DNA of 64,000 nt from Burkholderiales bacterium. GTDB lineage: Bacteria > Pseudomonadota > Gammaproteobacteria > Burkholderiales > SG8-39. Below, one piece after another: positions 48,524 to 57,975 of the stretch (position 1 is the first letter of the stretch; each line of letters begins with the position of its first letter). Where the stretch lies: contig DATGGA010000021.1 in NCBI GenBank assembly GCA_035308765.1, positions 41,894-105,893 of the forward strand. Direction: 5' to 3'. The notes under the pieces are model-generated. The model saw nothing but the letters and a program-made list of their open reading frames with translations, did not search any database and had not been told where the DNA came from. The translations under genes and the position numbers were made by a program.

Positions 48524-48542
48524 AATAATGAGAACGATTATC
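48524..48542. promoter_or_regulatory. Fur box overlapping the hemP-tonB operon promoter
   Basis: AATAATGAGAACGATTATC matches 15/19 of the Fur consensus. It sits between TTGACA (48516-48521) and a 17-nt-spaced TATCGT (48539-48544). Confidence 0.6.
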
Positions 48543-48552
48543 GTTAATATAG

Positions 48553-48735
48553 ATGAACGATAGCGGAGCCAGCCGCATGCAGCCGGACAAGAGCAATGAT
48601 CGCCTCGCCCATGTGCCCAGGAAGGTACTGAGCGAAGCGCCGCTCGGTGACGCCAAGGAATTGCTGATCGTCCACAACGGACGCGAATACCGGCTGCGCC
48701 TGACGCAGAGCGGAAAACTGATTCTCACTGCTTAG
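48553..48735 (+). CDS. hemP: Hemin uptake protein HemP/HmuP
   Basis: 60 aa. C-terminus ELLIVHNGREYRLRLTQSGKLILTA is typical of HemP. An alternative ATG 48577 has a better RBS (GGAG, 8-nt spacing). Confidence 0.85.
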   Translation: MNDSGASRMQPDKSNDRLAHVPRKVLSEAPLGDAKELLIVHNGREYRLRLTQSGKLILTA

Positions 48736-48737
48736 CA

Positions 48738-49343
48738 ATGCGCCCGGACCGGATCGGACTGGGCGTCACCATCGCGATGCACGCGCTCGCGTTGGCGTTC
48801 CTGCTCAGCTACGAGCCGGCCCGCAAGGCGCTGCTCGCCGCGGCACCGATCATGGTGGAAATAATCCTGCCGCCCAAGGTCGAACAGCCCAAGCCGCAGC
48901 CGCCCACCGAGTTGCCGAAACCCAAGCCGATCGCGAAACAAGTCGAGCGCCCGTTCGAGTCCCCGCTCATCACCGCGCCGGTGGAAGCGCCCTCGCCGGT
49001 AGTGGCGCCACCCCCTCCCCCGGTCGTGGTCGCTGCACCACCGGCACCGCCAGCTCCGATCACACCGCCGATCTTCCATGCCGACTACCTCGACAACCCT
49101 TCACCAATCTACCCTGCGCTGTCGAAAAGGATAGGCGAACAGGGCCGCGGAATTCTCCGCGTGTTCGTCGGCATCGCCGGCCGCGCGGAAGACGTGCAGG
49201 TCTTCAAAACGAGCGGCTCCCCGCGTCTCGACGAGGCCGCGCGTGATGCCGTTCGGCAATGGAAATTCACGCCCGGCAAGCGCGGGACAGAGCCGATCGC
49301 CACCTGGGTGCAAATCCCATTCTCTTTTCAATTAAAAGACTGA
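48738..49343 (+). CDS. tonB: Energy transducer TonB
   Basis: 201 aa. N-terminal TM anchor. Pro-rich spacer (PKVEQPKPQPPTELPKPKP). C-terminal TonB domain (YPALSKRIGEQGRG...WKFTPG). Confidence 0.88.
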   Translation: MRPDRIGLGVTIAMHALALAFLLSYEPARKALLAAAPIMVEIILPPKVEQPKPQPPTELPKPKPIAKQVERPFESPLITAPVEAPSPVVAPPPPPVVVAAPPAPPAPITPPIFHADYLDNPSPIYPALSKRIGEQGRGILRVFVGIAGRAEDVQVFKTSGSPRLDEAARDAVRQWKFTPGKRGTEPIATWVQIPFSFQLKD

Positions 49344-49348
49344 ACTTC

Positions 49349-50089
49349 ATGGATCCACAACAATCTGCCGGCTTCGCTAGCTTCCTCGCCCAGACCGATG
49401 CCATCGGCAAGACGATCCTCGCGATGATGCTGGTGATGTCGATCGCCACCTGGTACCTCATCGCCACCAAGACGATCACCATGGTGCTGGAGCGCCGCAA
49501 GAGCGCGCGCTTCCTCGCCGCATTCTGGGACGCACCCTCGCTCGCCGCGGTGGAAAAACACATCGAGGGCGCGCACCCCGACGACCCGTTCTCGCACCTC
49601 ACCTGGCATGCGATCAGCGCCTCGCGGCATCACCAGCGCTCGGGCGCGGCCAGGCTGGCCGAAGCCGGCTCGGGATCCGACTTCCTCACGCGCGCGATGC
49701 GCCGCGTGATCGACGAGGACACTGCGCGCCTGGAATCCGGACTCACCGTGCTCGCCTCGGTCGGTTCGACGGCGCCCTTCGTCGGCCTGTTCGGCACCGT
49801 GTGGGGGGTCTACCACGCACTGGTGGCTATCGGCCTCTCCGGACAGGGAACGCTGGACAAGGTGGCGGGCCCTGTGGGCGAAGCGCTGATCATGACCGCG
49901 CTCGGCCTTGCGGTCGCGATCCCCGCAGTGCTCGCCTACAACGGTTTCGTGCGCGCCAACCGTCTGGTGCTGGCGCAACTGGACGCATTCGCGCACGACC
50001 TGTACGCGGTGCTCACCACCGGCGCGCACGTGGGCGATCCCGCCGCGGTGGTGCCGCTGAAGCCGGCCATCGCGGTCAAGGGCGCCTGA
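49349..50089 (+). CDS. exbB: MotA/TolQ/ExbB proton channel protein
   Basis: 246 aa after trimming to MDPQQSAGF (ATG 49349). Conserved GSTAPFVGLFGTVWG and GPVGEALIMTALGLAVAIPAV. Confidence 0.92.
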   Translation: MDPQQSAGFASFLAQTDAIGKTILAMMLVMSIATWYLIATKTITMVLERRKSARFLAAFWDAPSLAAVEKHIEGAHPDDPFSHLTWHAISASRHHQRSGAARLAEAGSGSDFLTRAMRRVIDEDTARLESGLTVLASVGSTAPFVGLFGTVWGVYHALVAIGLSGQGTLDKVAGPVGEALIMTALGLAVAIPAVLAYNGFVRANRLVLAQLDAFAHDLYAVLTTGAHVGDPAAVVPLKPAIAVKGA

Positions 50090-50090
50090 G

Positions 50091-50507
<417 letters not shown>

Positions 50508-50511
50508 CTCC

Positions 50512-51261
50512 ATGACGGACATGCTGGTCATCACGCTGCGCGAAGGCATCGAGTCCTTCCTCATCGTCGCCATCGCCGCGGCCTACCTGCGCAAGACCGG
50601 GCGCGAGGCGCTGCTGCCGGCCGTGTGGTCCGGAACCGCGGTGGCGCTGGCGATCTCCGTCGTCGTGGGCGGCTGGCTGCTGGACGTCGCGCCGCTGCCG
50701 GTCTACGAGGGCGTGCTCGCGGCGGTGGCCGCCGTGCTGGTGATTTCCATGGCGATCTACATGAACAGCGCCGGCAAGCGCATGGGCGCGGAAATCGGCG
50801 CGCGCATCGATGCCGCAGCGCTCAAGCCCGGCGCCGGCGCATGGCTGGGCGTGTTCCTGTTCGTGGTGCTGATGGTCTCGCGCGAAGGCGTGGAAACGGC
50901 CTTCATGACCATCGCGATAGCGAGGAACGAGGATTCGGGCGGCCTCGTGGCGGGCGCCCTTATCGGGGTCGCGCTCGCGGCCACGGTCGCCTGGGCCTGG
51001 CTGCGCTGGGGCCGGCGGGTCAATCTCACCCTGTTCTTCCAGGCCACCGCGATTTTCCTGGTCCTGTTCTCGCTGCAGCTGCTGCTCTACGCCTTCCACG
51101 AATTTACCGAAGCCCAGGCGCTGCCGCTCGACAACACGTACTGGCACATGGCGACGGAAGAATGGGCCGAAGGACGCTACGCCCGTATCTACAGCGCGCT
51201 GATGGTGCTGCTGCCGCTCGCCTGGGCCGCCTACGCCACTCTGCGCAAAAGAATGTCCTGA
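50512..51261 (+). CDS. FTR1-family iron permease
   Basis: 249 aa. Two REGxE iron-binding motifs (REGIES near the N-terminus, SREGVETAF mid-protein). Polytopic. Confidence 0.85.
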   Translation: MTDMLVITLREGIESFLIVAIAAAYLRKTGREALLPAVWSGTAVALAISVVVGGWLLDVAPLPVYEGVLAAVAAVLVISMAIYMNSAGKRMGAEIGARIDAAALKPGAGAWLGVFLFVVLMVSREGVETAFMTIAIARNEDSGGLVAGALIGVALAATVAWAWLRWGRRVNLTLFFQATAIFLVLFSLQLLLYAFHEFTEAQALPLDNTYWHMATEEWAEGRYARIYSALMVLLPLAWAAYATLRKRMS

Positions 51262-51344
51262 CCCCCCCGATTTTCAACCGCGATAGCCACCCAGCCTCTC
51301 TGCCAGGTCGCCAGCCGCAATCCAAACGACGACCCCAGGGAGAA

Positions 51345-53534
51345 ATGCAATACCGCCTCAACCGAACGCCGATTGCTGCAGCCGTCGCCGCGCTGTTCAG
51401 TTCGTTCACGCCCGGCCTCGCATTCGCCCAGGCAACGGGCAGCGAGGCCACGCTGCCCGAAGTCAAGGTTCAGGAAACCGCGCCCACGGACGATTTCGCG
51501 CCCGGCCTGTCCAACGTCGGCGGCAAGGTGCCGACCCCGGTGCGCGATATCCCGCAGACCGTCAACATCATCAATCGCGCGGTAATGGAGTCGCAAGGCG
51601 CGACCAGCCTCTCCGACGCGCTGCGCGGCGTTCCCGGAATCACCATGGGTGCCGCCGAGGGCGGCACTATCGGCAACAACATCAACCTGCGCGGCTTCTC
51701 GGCACGCACCGACATCTACCTGGACGGCATGCGCGACCGCGGCCAGTACTACCGCGACGTGTACTCGCTGGATCAGATCGAAGTGCTGAAGGGACCCTCC
51801 TCGATGCTGTTCGGGCGCGGCTCGACGGGGGGCGTCGTCAACCAGGTGAGCAAGGTGCCCTCGCTGACGCCGCTCAACCAGGCCACGATCTCCGTGGGCA
51901 CCCAGCCGTCGATGCGCACCACGGCGGACCTGAACCAGCCGCTGTCCGACACCTCGGCGTTCCACATCTCGGCCATGGCGCAGGACGTGAACTCCACGCG
52001 CGACGTGATGGACTACAAGGATTACGGCATCGCCCCCTCGCTGCGCTTCGGCATCAACACGCCGACCACGGTGACGCTGTCGGCGATGATCAACCACAAC
52101 AGGGACATGCCGGACTACGGCCTGCCGCCCGTCAACGGCGCTCCGGCGAACGTCAACCACAAGACCTTATACGGGCTCACCGATGACCGCACGATCCAGG
52201 ATGTCGACGAGTTCACCGCCAAGGTGGTTCACAAAATAACGCCCGAAACGACCATCCAGAACCAGTCGCGCTATGCCAATTACAAGATCGACGCGCGCGA
52301 ATCCGGGCCGAACAGCATCGGTACCGTCACCGGCGGCGTCTATACGGCCTTCGCCGCCACCAATCTGGGAAACACCACCAGCCTGCCGCTGTCGCAGCTG
52401 TTTTTCGCGCTCGGCAGCCACGACCGCGTGATCACCGACAATTCTTTTTACAACCAGACCGACTTGATCACCAATTACCAGACCGGCGGCGTGCGCCACG
52501 ACCTGATCTTCGGCCTGGAACTGGGCGACGAGCGCAACAATCAGGCCAACAGTTCGCGCAACGTCGGAACCAACAACTATTTTTACGTGCTGCCGCTCGT
52601 CAACCCGCCCTACCTGACGGGCGCCGGCCTGCCCTCCACGCCGGGCAACATCGTGCAGGCCAGCGCCACCACGCTTGCGCCCTACTTCAACGACACGATG
52701 ACGCTGAGCAAGCAATGGAAGCTGATTGCGGGACTGCGCCACGACGTCTACAAGGCGAACCTGAGCAATTCGATCAACCTCCCGCCGTCGGCGAGCCAGA
52801 CCGTGAACTTCAATAGCGTTCGCACCGGCCTGCTCTACCAGCCGACCGACGTGCAGACCTACTATGCCTCCTACGGCACCTCGTTCAACCCCTCGCTGGA
52901 AGCGCTCACCCTCACCAGCGGGCAGCAGTCGCTCGATCCGGAGACCAACAAGTCCTACGAGGCAGGCTCGAAATGGGACCTGCTGAACGGCAACCTGTCG
53001 GTGACCTCCGCGCTGTTCCAGGTTACAAAAAACAACGCCCGCGCGCAGATCTCGGCCGGCGTCTACGAGGACATCGGCGAAGTGCGCGTGCGCGGCTTCG
53101 AGGCCGGCGTAGCCGGGCGCATCCGGTCCGACTGGCAGGTGCTCGCGGGCTACACCTACCTCGATGCCAGGATCGTCAATGCCGGGCCGTTCGACGCTGC
53201 GTCAGGCAGCGCGCCCGGCAACACGCTCGCCAATACGCCGAAAAACAGCGCCTCGGTCTGGACGACCTGTAACGTGACGCACGAGTGGGAGGCCGGCACT
53301 GGCCTGGTCTACATGTCGGACCGGTATGTCTCCAACAACAATGCCGTCCTGGCTCCCGACTACCTGCGCTGGGATGCCACGGTGGCCTTTCACCAGCCGA
53401 AGTACGACATCCGCCTCAATCTGTTCAACATCGCCAACCGGCTGAACTACGACGCGCTGATCCCCTCCGACAAGGGGCGCTCGGTGCCGGGCATCGCCCG
53501 CACCGCCCTGCTCACCTACACGCAGAGGTTCTGA
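51345..53534 (+). CDS. TonB-dependent siderophore-type outer-membrane receptor
   Basis: 729 aa after trimming the 969-aa track ORF to [18 protein letters not shown] (signal peptide, AFAQA). Plug domain ([11 protein letters not shown]...[10 protein letters not shown]). C-terminal ...TYTQRF. Confidence 0.93.
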   Translation: MQYRLNRTPIAAAVAALFSSFTPGLAFAQATGSEATLPEVKVQETAPTDDFAPGLSNVGGKVPTPVRDIPQTVNIINRAVMESQGATSLSDALRGVPGITMGAAEGGTIGNNINLRGFSARTDIYLDGMRDRGQYYRDVYSLDQIEVLKGPSSMLFGRGSTGGVVNQVSKVPSLTPLNQATISVGTQPSMRTTADLNQPLSDTSAFHISAMAQDVNSTRDVMDYKDYGIAPSLRFGINTPTTVTLSAMINHNRDMPDYGLPPVNGAPANVNHKTLYGLTDDRTIQDVDEFTAKVVHKITPETTIQNQSRYANYKIDARESGPNSIGTVTGGVYTAFAATNLGNTTSLPLSQLFFALGSHDRVITDNSFYNQTDLITNYQTGGVRHDLIFGLELGDERNNQANSSRNVGTNNYFYVLPLVNPPYLTGAGLPSTPGNIVQASATTLAPYFNDTMTLSKQWKLIAGLRHDVYKANLSNSINLPPSASQTVNFNSVRTGLLYQPTDVQTYYASYGTSFNPSLEALTLTSGQQSLDPETNKSYEAGSKWDLLNGNLSVTSALFQVTKNNARAQISAGVYEDIGEVRVRGFEAGVAGRIRSDWQVLAGYTYLDARIVNAGPFDAASGSAPGNTLANTPKNSASVWTTCNVTHEWEAGTGLVYMSDRYVSNNNAVLAPDYLRWDATVAFHQPKYDIRLNLFNIANRLNYDALIPSDKGRSVPGIARTALLTYTQRF

Positions 53535-53538
53535 CCGT

Positions 53539-54234
53539 ATGCTGGTGCACGTAGCCAAGGTTCTGGACCAGGCGCAGCTGGGCGCGATCCGCGCCAGGCT
53601 TGCCGCTGCCGGCGGGGCCTGGGTGGATGGACGCGCCACCGCGGGCCACCAGGGAACCCAGGTCAAGAACAACCTTCAGCTCGCCGAGGATTCGCCGGTC
53701 GCGCGCGAGCTGGGCGACATCGTGCTCGCGGCGCTGGAGAGGAATCCGCTCTTCATCAGCGCCGCGCTGCCGAGCCGCGTCTATCCGCCGATGTTCAACC
53801 GCTACGAGGGGGGCATGCGCTTCGGCAGCCACGTCGACGGCGCGGTGCGCCTGGTGCCCGGAAGCGGGGCGAAGATCCGCACCGATGTTTCAGCGACGCT
53901 GTTTCTCGCGCCGCCGGAGGATTACGACGGCGGCGAGCTGCTGATCGAGGACAGCTACGGCGTGCAGCGCGTCAAGCTGCCCGCGGGCGACATGGTGCTC
54001 TATCCGGCCGGCAGCCTGCACCGCGTCGAGCCGGTGACGCGCGGCTCGCGGCTTGCGTGCTTTCTCTGGGTGCAGAGCATGGTCCGGGACGACGTGCAGC
54101 GGGCGCTGCTCTACGATCTCGACATGGCGATCGTGCGCCTGACGCGCGACTCGTCCAACGCTGCGGGCAACCCGGCGCTGGTGTCGCTCACAGGGTGCTA
54201 TCACAACCTGCTGCGCATGTGGGCCGAACCCTGA
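53539..54234 (+). CDS. PKHD-type Fe(II)/2-oxoglutarate hydroxylase (PiuC/YbiX-like)
   Basis: 231 aa. HxD...H facial triad (GSHVDGA ... [13 protein letters not shown]). N-terminus [10 protein letters not shown] is typical of the family. Confidence 0.88.
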   Translation: MLVHVAKVLDQAQLGAIRARLAAAGGAWVDGRATAGHQGTQVKNNLQLAEDSPVARELGDIVLAALERNPLFISAALPSRVYPPMFNRYEGGMRFGSHVDGAVRLVPGSGAKIRTDVSATLFLAPPEDYDGGELLIEDSYGVQRVKLPAGDMVLYPAGSLHRVEPVTRGSRLACFLWVQSMVRDDVQRALLYDLDMAIVRLTRDSSNAAGNPALVSLTGCYHNLLRMWAEP

Positions 54235-54260
54235 GATGAAGCCGCGCGTCGGCGCGGGGG

Positions 54261-54272
54261 TAAAATTTCCCC
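54261..54272 (+). promoter_or_regulatory. Promoter-like TAAAATTTCCCC upstream of the second Bug gene
   Basis: TAAAATTTCCCCC resembles TACAATTTCCCC at 39241. Preceded by a small CCGCGC/GCGCGG hairpin (54242-54257) after the hydroxylase gene. Confidence 0.3.
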
Positions 54273-54287
54273 CGTATAAGAGGAGGG

Positions 54288-55247
54288 GTGAAAATGAGAA
54301 TGCTTTTTACTGCGCTGGCGCTTGCCTGCGCTGCGATTGTGCATGCTCAGAACTTCCCGTCCCGCCCGGTCACTATCGTGGTGCCCTACCCGCCTGGCGG
54401 CCTGATCGATCTCGTAGCACGCGCGCTGCAGCCTTTCCTCCAGACCGAACTTGGCGTGCCGGTGCTGGTCGAGAACCACAGCGGCGCGGGTGGCAACGTA
54501 GGCGCTGAAATGGTGGCGCGCTCGGCGCCCGACGGCTACACGCTGTTGCTCGCCAATCCCTCGCTTGCCATCAGCCCGACCCTCTACCGCAAGCTCAACT
54601 ACAAGCCGATCGAGGATTTTGCCTATATCGGGCGTTACGGATCGGTGCCGAACGTGCTGGTGGTGAACCCGTCGCTGCCGGTGAAGACCGCCCAGGAACT
54701 GATCGCCTACGCGAAAAAGAACCCAGGGAAGCTGAATTACGGATCGCCCGGCTACGGCACCTCGCCGCAGCTCTCCAGCGAACTGTTCAAGAGCATGACC
54801 GGTACATACATCGTGCACATCCCGTTCCGCGGCGCGGGCCCCGCGACTGCGGCGCTGTTCGGCGGCGAGATCGAGATGATGATCGACAACATCCCGCCGC
54901 AGGTGGGGAACATCAGAGCCGGCAAGGTGCGCGCGCTCGCGGTTACCAGCCTGCAGCGCGTGAGCGCGCTGCCCGACGTGCCGACCATGGACGAGGTCGG
55001 CCTCAAGGGTTACGAGGTAGTGTCCTGGTTCGGGCTCGCCGCGCGCGCCGGCACGCCGCGCGAGAGCGTGCTGCGCCTGAACGCCGCGCTGAACAACGCC
55101 ACACGCGACCCCAGGCTGCGCGAAATACTGGAATCGCGCGGCTCCACCGTGGTGCAAGGCACGCCCGAGGAGTTCCTCAACTTCGTGAAAGCCGAAACCG
55201 CCAAGTTCGCGCCGGTGATCAAACGCGCCGGCGTGACCGTCGAGTAG
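54288..55247 (+). CDS. Bug-family (TctC-like) substrate-binding protein
   Basis: 319 aa. Signal peptide. FPSRPVTIVVPYPPGGLIDLVAR signature. ATG 54294 (7 nt after AGGAGG) is a likelier start than GTG 54288. Confidence 0.88.
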   Translation: MKMRMLFTALALACAAIVHAQNFPSRPVTIVVPYPPGGLIDLVARALQPFLQTELGVPVLVENHSGAGGNVGAEMVARSAPDGYTLLLANPSLAISPTLYRKLNYKPIEDFAYIGRYGSVPNVLVVNPSLPVKTAQELIAYAKKNPGKLNYGSPGYGTSPQLSSELFKSMTGTYIVHIPFRGAGPATAALFGGEIEMMIDNIPPQVGNIRAGKVRALAVTSLQRVSALPDVPTMDEVGLKGYEVVSWFGLAARAGTPRESVLRLNAALNNATRDPRLREILESRGSTVVQGTPEEFLNFVKAETAKFAPVIKRAGVTVE

Positions 55248-55263
55248 CCGGCGGGCGCCGGGC

Positions 55264-55659
55264 TCAGACCGGGGCCGGCTCGGACTTGTCGAAGTCGATC
55301 TCGATCTTGGCGTTGTTCGGATCGGAGAAGAACAGCTGCCAGGTGCCGTATTCCGGCAACCGGCGCAGTTCGTACGGGACGTTCCTGCTTTTCAGTTTCG
55401 CCACCGCCGCAGCGAGCCCCTTGCCGCTGTAGGCCATGTGGTCGAGCACGCCCTTCACCAGCCGATCCTTGTTGACGCCCGCGACGATGTGCAGGATCGG
55501 GTCGGGTCCCTTGCCGCCGTCGGAGTAGAGCCAGGCGCCGGGGAATTTGAACGGCGGCCGCGCCCCGGGCTTGAGGTTCAAGTGCTCCTCGTAGAACGCC
55601 AGCGTCGCCGGCAAATCGTCCGTGAGGATGGTGAAGTGGTTTACGGCGGTCACGCTCAT
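55264..55659 (-). CDS. VOC (glyoxalase/bleomycin-resistance/dioxygenase) family protein
   Basis: 131 aa. VNHFTILTDDLPATLAFYEEHLNLK beta-alpha-beta-beta-beta start with metal-ligand His. Confidence 0.8.
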   Translation of the reverse strand: MSVTAVNHFTILTDDLPATLAFYEEHLNLKPGARPPFKFPGAWLYSDGGKGPDPILHIVAGVNKDRLVKGVLDHMAYSGKGLAAAVAKLKSRNVPYELRRLPEYGTWQLFFSDPNNAKIEIDFDKSEPAPV

Positions 55660-55660
55660 G

Positions 55661-56662
55661 TCAGGCTCCTTTGGCGGCGGCTTGCGCCTGCTTGGTCTTG
55701 TCCAGCACCGTCATCGCGGTAGTCACGAACGAGGCGATGTCGGAGGCGTTCGAAGGAATGATCAGGGTGTTTGAGCTCTTGGCGAGATGGCCGAAGGCGT
55801 CGATGTACTGCTGCGCGACCTTGAGGTTGGCCGCTTCCATACCGCCCTTGTCGGTGATCGCCTCGGCCACCGCGCGCACGCCTGCCGCGTTCGCCTCCGC
55901 GATCACGCGGATCGCGGTGCCCTCGCCCTGCGCGCGGTTGATCGCGCCCTGTTTCTCGCCCTCGGACTCGAGGATCGCCGCCTGGCGCTTGCCGTCGGCG
56001 ATGTTGATCTGCTGCTGGCGCTCGCCCTCCGACTTGGCGATCAGCGCGCGCTTTTCCCGTTCCGCGGTGATCTGCGCCTGCATCGCGCGCAGGATGGACT
56101 CGGGCGGCGTGATGCTCTTGATCTCGTAGCGCAGCACCTTGATGCCCCAGTTGCGCCCCGCCTCGTCCAGCTCGGCCACGATGTGGCGGTTGATGTCCTC
56201 GCGCGACTCGAAGCTCTTGTCCAGCTCCATCTTGCCGATCACGCTGCGCAGCGTGGTCTGCGCGAGCTGGCTGATGGCGGCGACGTAATTGGCCGATCCG
56301 TACGAAGCCAGGCGGGGGTCGGTCACCTGGTAGTACAGGATCCCGTCCACCGCGAGCTGGGTGTTGTCCTTGGTGATGCAGACCTGCTCGGGCACGTCGA
56401 GCGGCACTTCCTTCAGCGAATGCGTGTAGGCAACGCGGTCGAGGAACGGGATGATGAGGTTCAGGCCAGGCTCGAGGATCGAATGGAAGCGCCCCAGCCG
56501 CTCGACCACGTAGGCGGACTGCTGCGGCACGATGCGCACGCCTTCGACCACGAAGGCCGCCACCACCGCGATGAAGAACACCCAGACCGCGTAGCCCCGG
56601 GTCTCGGGGATGGACGCCGTGATCATGGTGAGGACGATGGCGATGATCAGCTTGGTGAGCAT
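55661..56662 (-). CDS. SPFH/band-7 (stomatin/paraslipin-like) protein
   Basis: 333 aa after trimming to MLTKLIIAIV (ATG 56662, RBS GGAAGGGAA). VRIVPQQSAYVVERLGRFHSILEPGLNLIIPFLD. Ala/Gln-rich coiled-coil tail. Confidence 0.9.
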   Translation of the reverse strand: MLTKLIIAIVLTMITASIPETRGYAVWVFFIAVVAAFVVEGVRIVPQQSAYVVERLGRFHSILEPGLNLIIPFLDRVAYTHSLKEVPLDVPEQVCITKDNTQLAVDGILYYQVTDPRLASYGSANYVAAISQLAQTTLRSVIGKMELDKSFESREDINRHIVAELDEAGRNWGIKVLRYEIKSITPPESILRAMQAQITAEREKRALIAKSEGERQQQINIADGKRQAAILESEGEKQGAINRAQGEGTAIRVIAEANAAGVRAVAEAITDKGGMEAANLKVAQQYIDAFGHLAKSSNTLIIPSNASDIASFVTTAMTVLDKTKQAQAAAKGA

Positions 56663-56720
56663 GGGGATTCCCTTCCTCTGTTGGCTTGCCGCCGCCACCG
56701 GCGCGTCGCCCGTGGCGGGG

Positions 56721-57146
56721 CTATGCGGGACGGCGATGGGCGACTTTAAGCGTGTTGCCATTGGTCGAAACCACATATAGCGGCGCGCCGGCTTCGACGG
56801 CTGCCTCTCCTTCCACCAGCGCGTCCCAGGATGAGCCGCGGTAACGCACGCGCGCCAGGCGCGCGCCCTGGTCCAGCCAGTTCTCGAAGCTCGCCGGCTG
56901 GCCGGCGTCCACCTGCGGCATCTGCCGGGTCGAATTCTTCGCGCGGTAAACGTGGACTCCGTAGCAGCCGAGCGCCGCGATCACCGACGCGACGACGGCC
57001 TGCACCCCGAAGGGCTGGCCGAGCCAGGCGGCGAGCGCCGCGCCGAATGCAGCGATGCCGAGCACCAGCAGATAGAAGGTGCCGGACATCAGTTCCACGA
57101 TGACCAGCGCCAGGCCCAGGATCGCCCAGATGAGATCTTCCTGCAT
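56721..57146 (-). CDS. NfeD-family membrane protein
   Basis: 141 aa. Three TM helices plus a C-terminal OB-like segment (ARVRYRGSSWDALVEG). Directly upstream of the SPFH gene, the classic nfeD-SPFH pair. Confidence 0.8.
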   Translation of the reverse strand: MQEDLIWAILGLALVIVELMSGTFYLLVLGIAAFGAALAAWLGQPFGVQAVVASVIAALGCYGVHVYRAKNSTRQMPQVDAGQPASFENWLDQGARLARVRYRGSSWDALVEGEAAVEAGAPLYVVSTNGNTLKVAHRRPA

Positions 57147-57165
57147 GGTCCTAATTTAGAATCAC

Positions 57166-57975
57166 TTGACCATGGACGCAACCAAACTGGCAAATGAGCT
57201 TGTAAGCCTGCACCAGCACACGCGGCAGGTAACCCCATTCAGCACGCGATATCCGGGGCTTACGGCCGAAACGGGTTATGCCGCAGCGCGCCAACTGCAC
57301 GCCCATCGCCTCGCGCTGGGCTGGAAACTGCTGGGGCGCAAGAACGGCTTTACCAACCGCGGCATCTGGAAACGCTACGGCGTGAACGGGCCGATGTGGG
57401 GCGCGGTGTACGACCGCACCGTCATCTTCGCGAAAGACAACCGCGCCACGGTCCCACTCGCCGGCCTGGAGCAACCGCGCATCGAGCCCGAGATCTGCTT
57501 CAAGCTGAAAGCCGCGCCGCCGCGGACGAAGAACCCGGCCGCCCTGCTCGAATCCATCGAGTGGGTCGCGCATTCCATCGAAATCGTCCAGTGCCATCAT
57601 CCCGAGTGGAAGATGACCCTGGCGGACTGTACCGCCGACAACGCGCTCCACGGCAGGCTGATCGTAGGCACGCCGGTCGAAGTCCATCGCATATCCGGTC
57701 TGGCTGCCGCGCTGCCCTTTCTGAAAGTGACGCTGCGCAGGGGCGACGAGATCGTCGACCAGGGTATTGGCGCCAACGTGCTGGACAGTCCGCTCCTTTC
57801 GCTCGCTTTTCTCGTGGAAATCCTCGCGCAGCAAAAGGAATCGCCGCCGCTGGCCGCCGGCGAAATCGTCAGCACCGGCACGCTCACAGATGCGCACCCC
57901 GTGAAGCCGGGCGAGCGCTGGAGCACCAACCTGCACGGTTTCGCGACGCGAGGCCTGGGGATCGACTTCACGTGA
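57166..57975 (+). CDS. 2-keto-4-pentenoate hydratase / 4-oxalocrotonate decarboxylase family protein
   Basis: 269 aa (TTG 57166, or ATG 57172). Overall similarity in my reading to MhpD/XylJ-type hydratases (GRKNGFTN..., EPEICFKL, SIEIV). Family call only. Confidence 0.7.
   Translation: MTMDATKLANELVSLHQHTRQVTPFSTRYPGLTAETGYAAARQLHAHRLALGWKLLGRKNGFTNRGIWKRYGVNGPMWGAVYDRTVIFAKDNRATVPLAGLEQPRIEPEICFKLKAAPPRTKNPAALLESIEWVAHSIEIVQCHHPEWKMTLADCTADNALHGRLIVGTPVEVHRISGLAAALPFLKVTLRRGDEIVDQGIGANVLDSPLLSLAFLVEILAQQKESPPLAAGEIVSTGTLTDAHPVKPGERWSTNLHGFATRGLGIDFT

Noticed and set aside
55248-55263. CCGGCG-GG-CGCCGG palindrome between the convergent Bug and VOC genes as a bidirectional terminator
   Set aside because: The stem is at most 5-6 bp with a 2-4 nt loop and no U-tract on either strand. 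Too weak to call.
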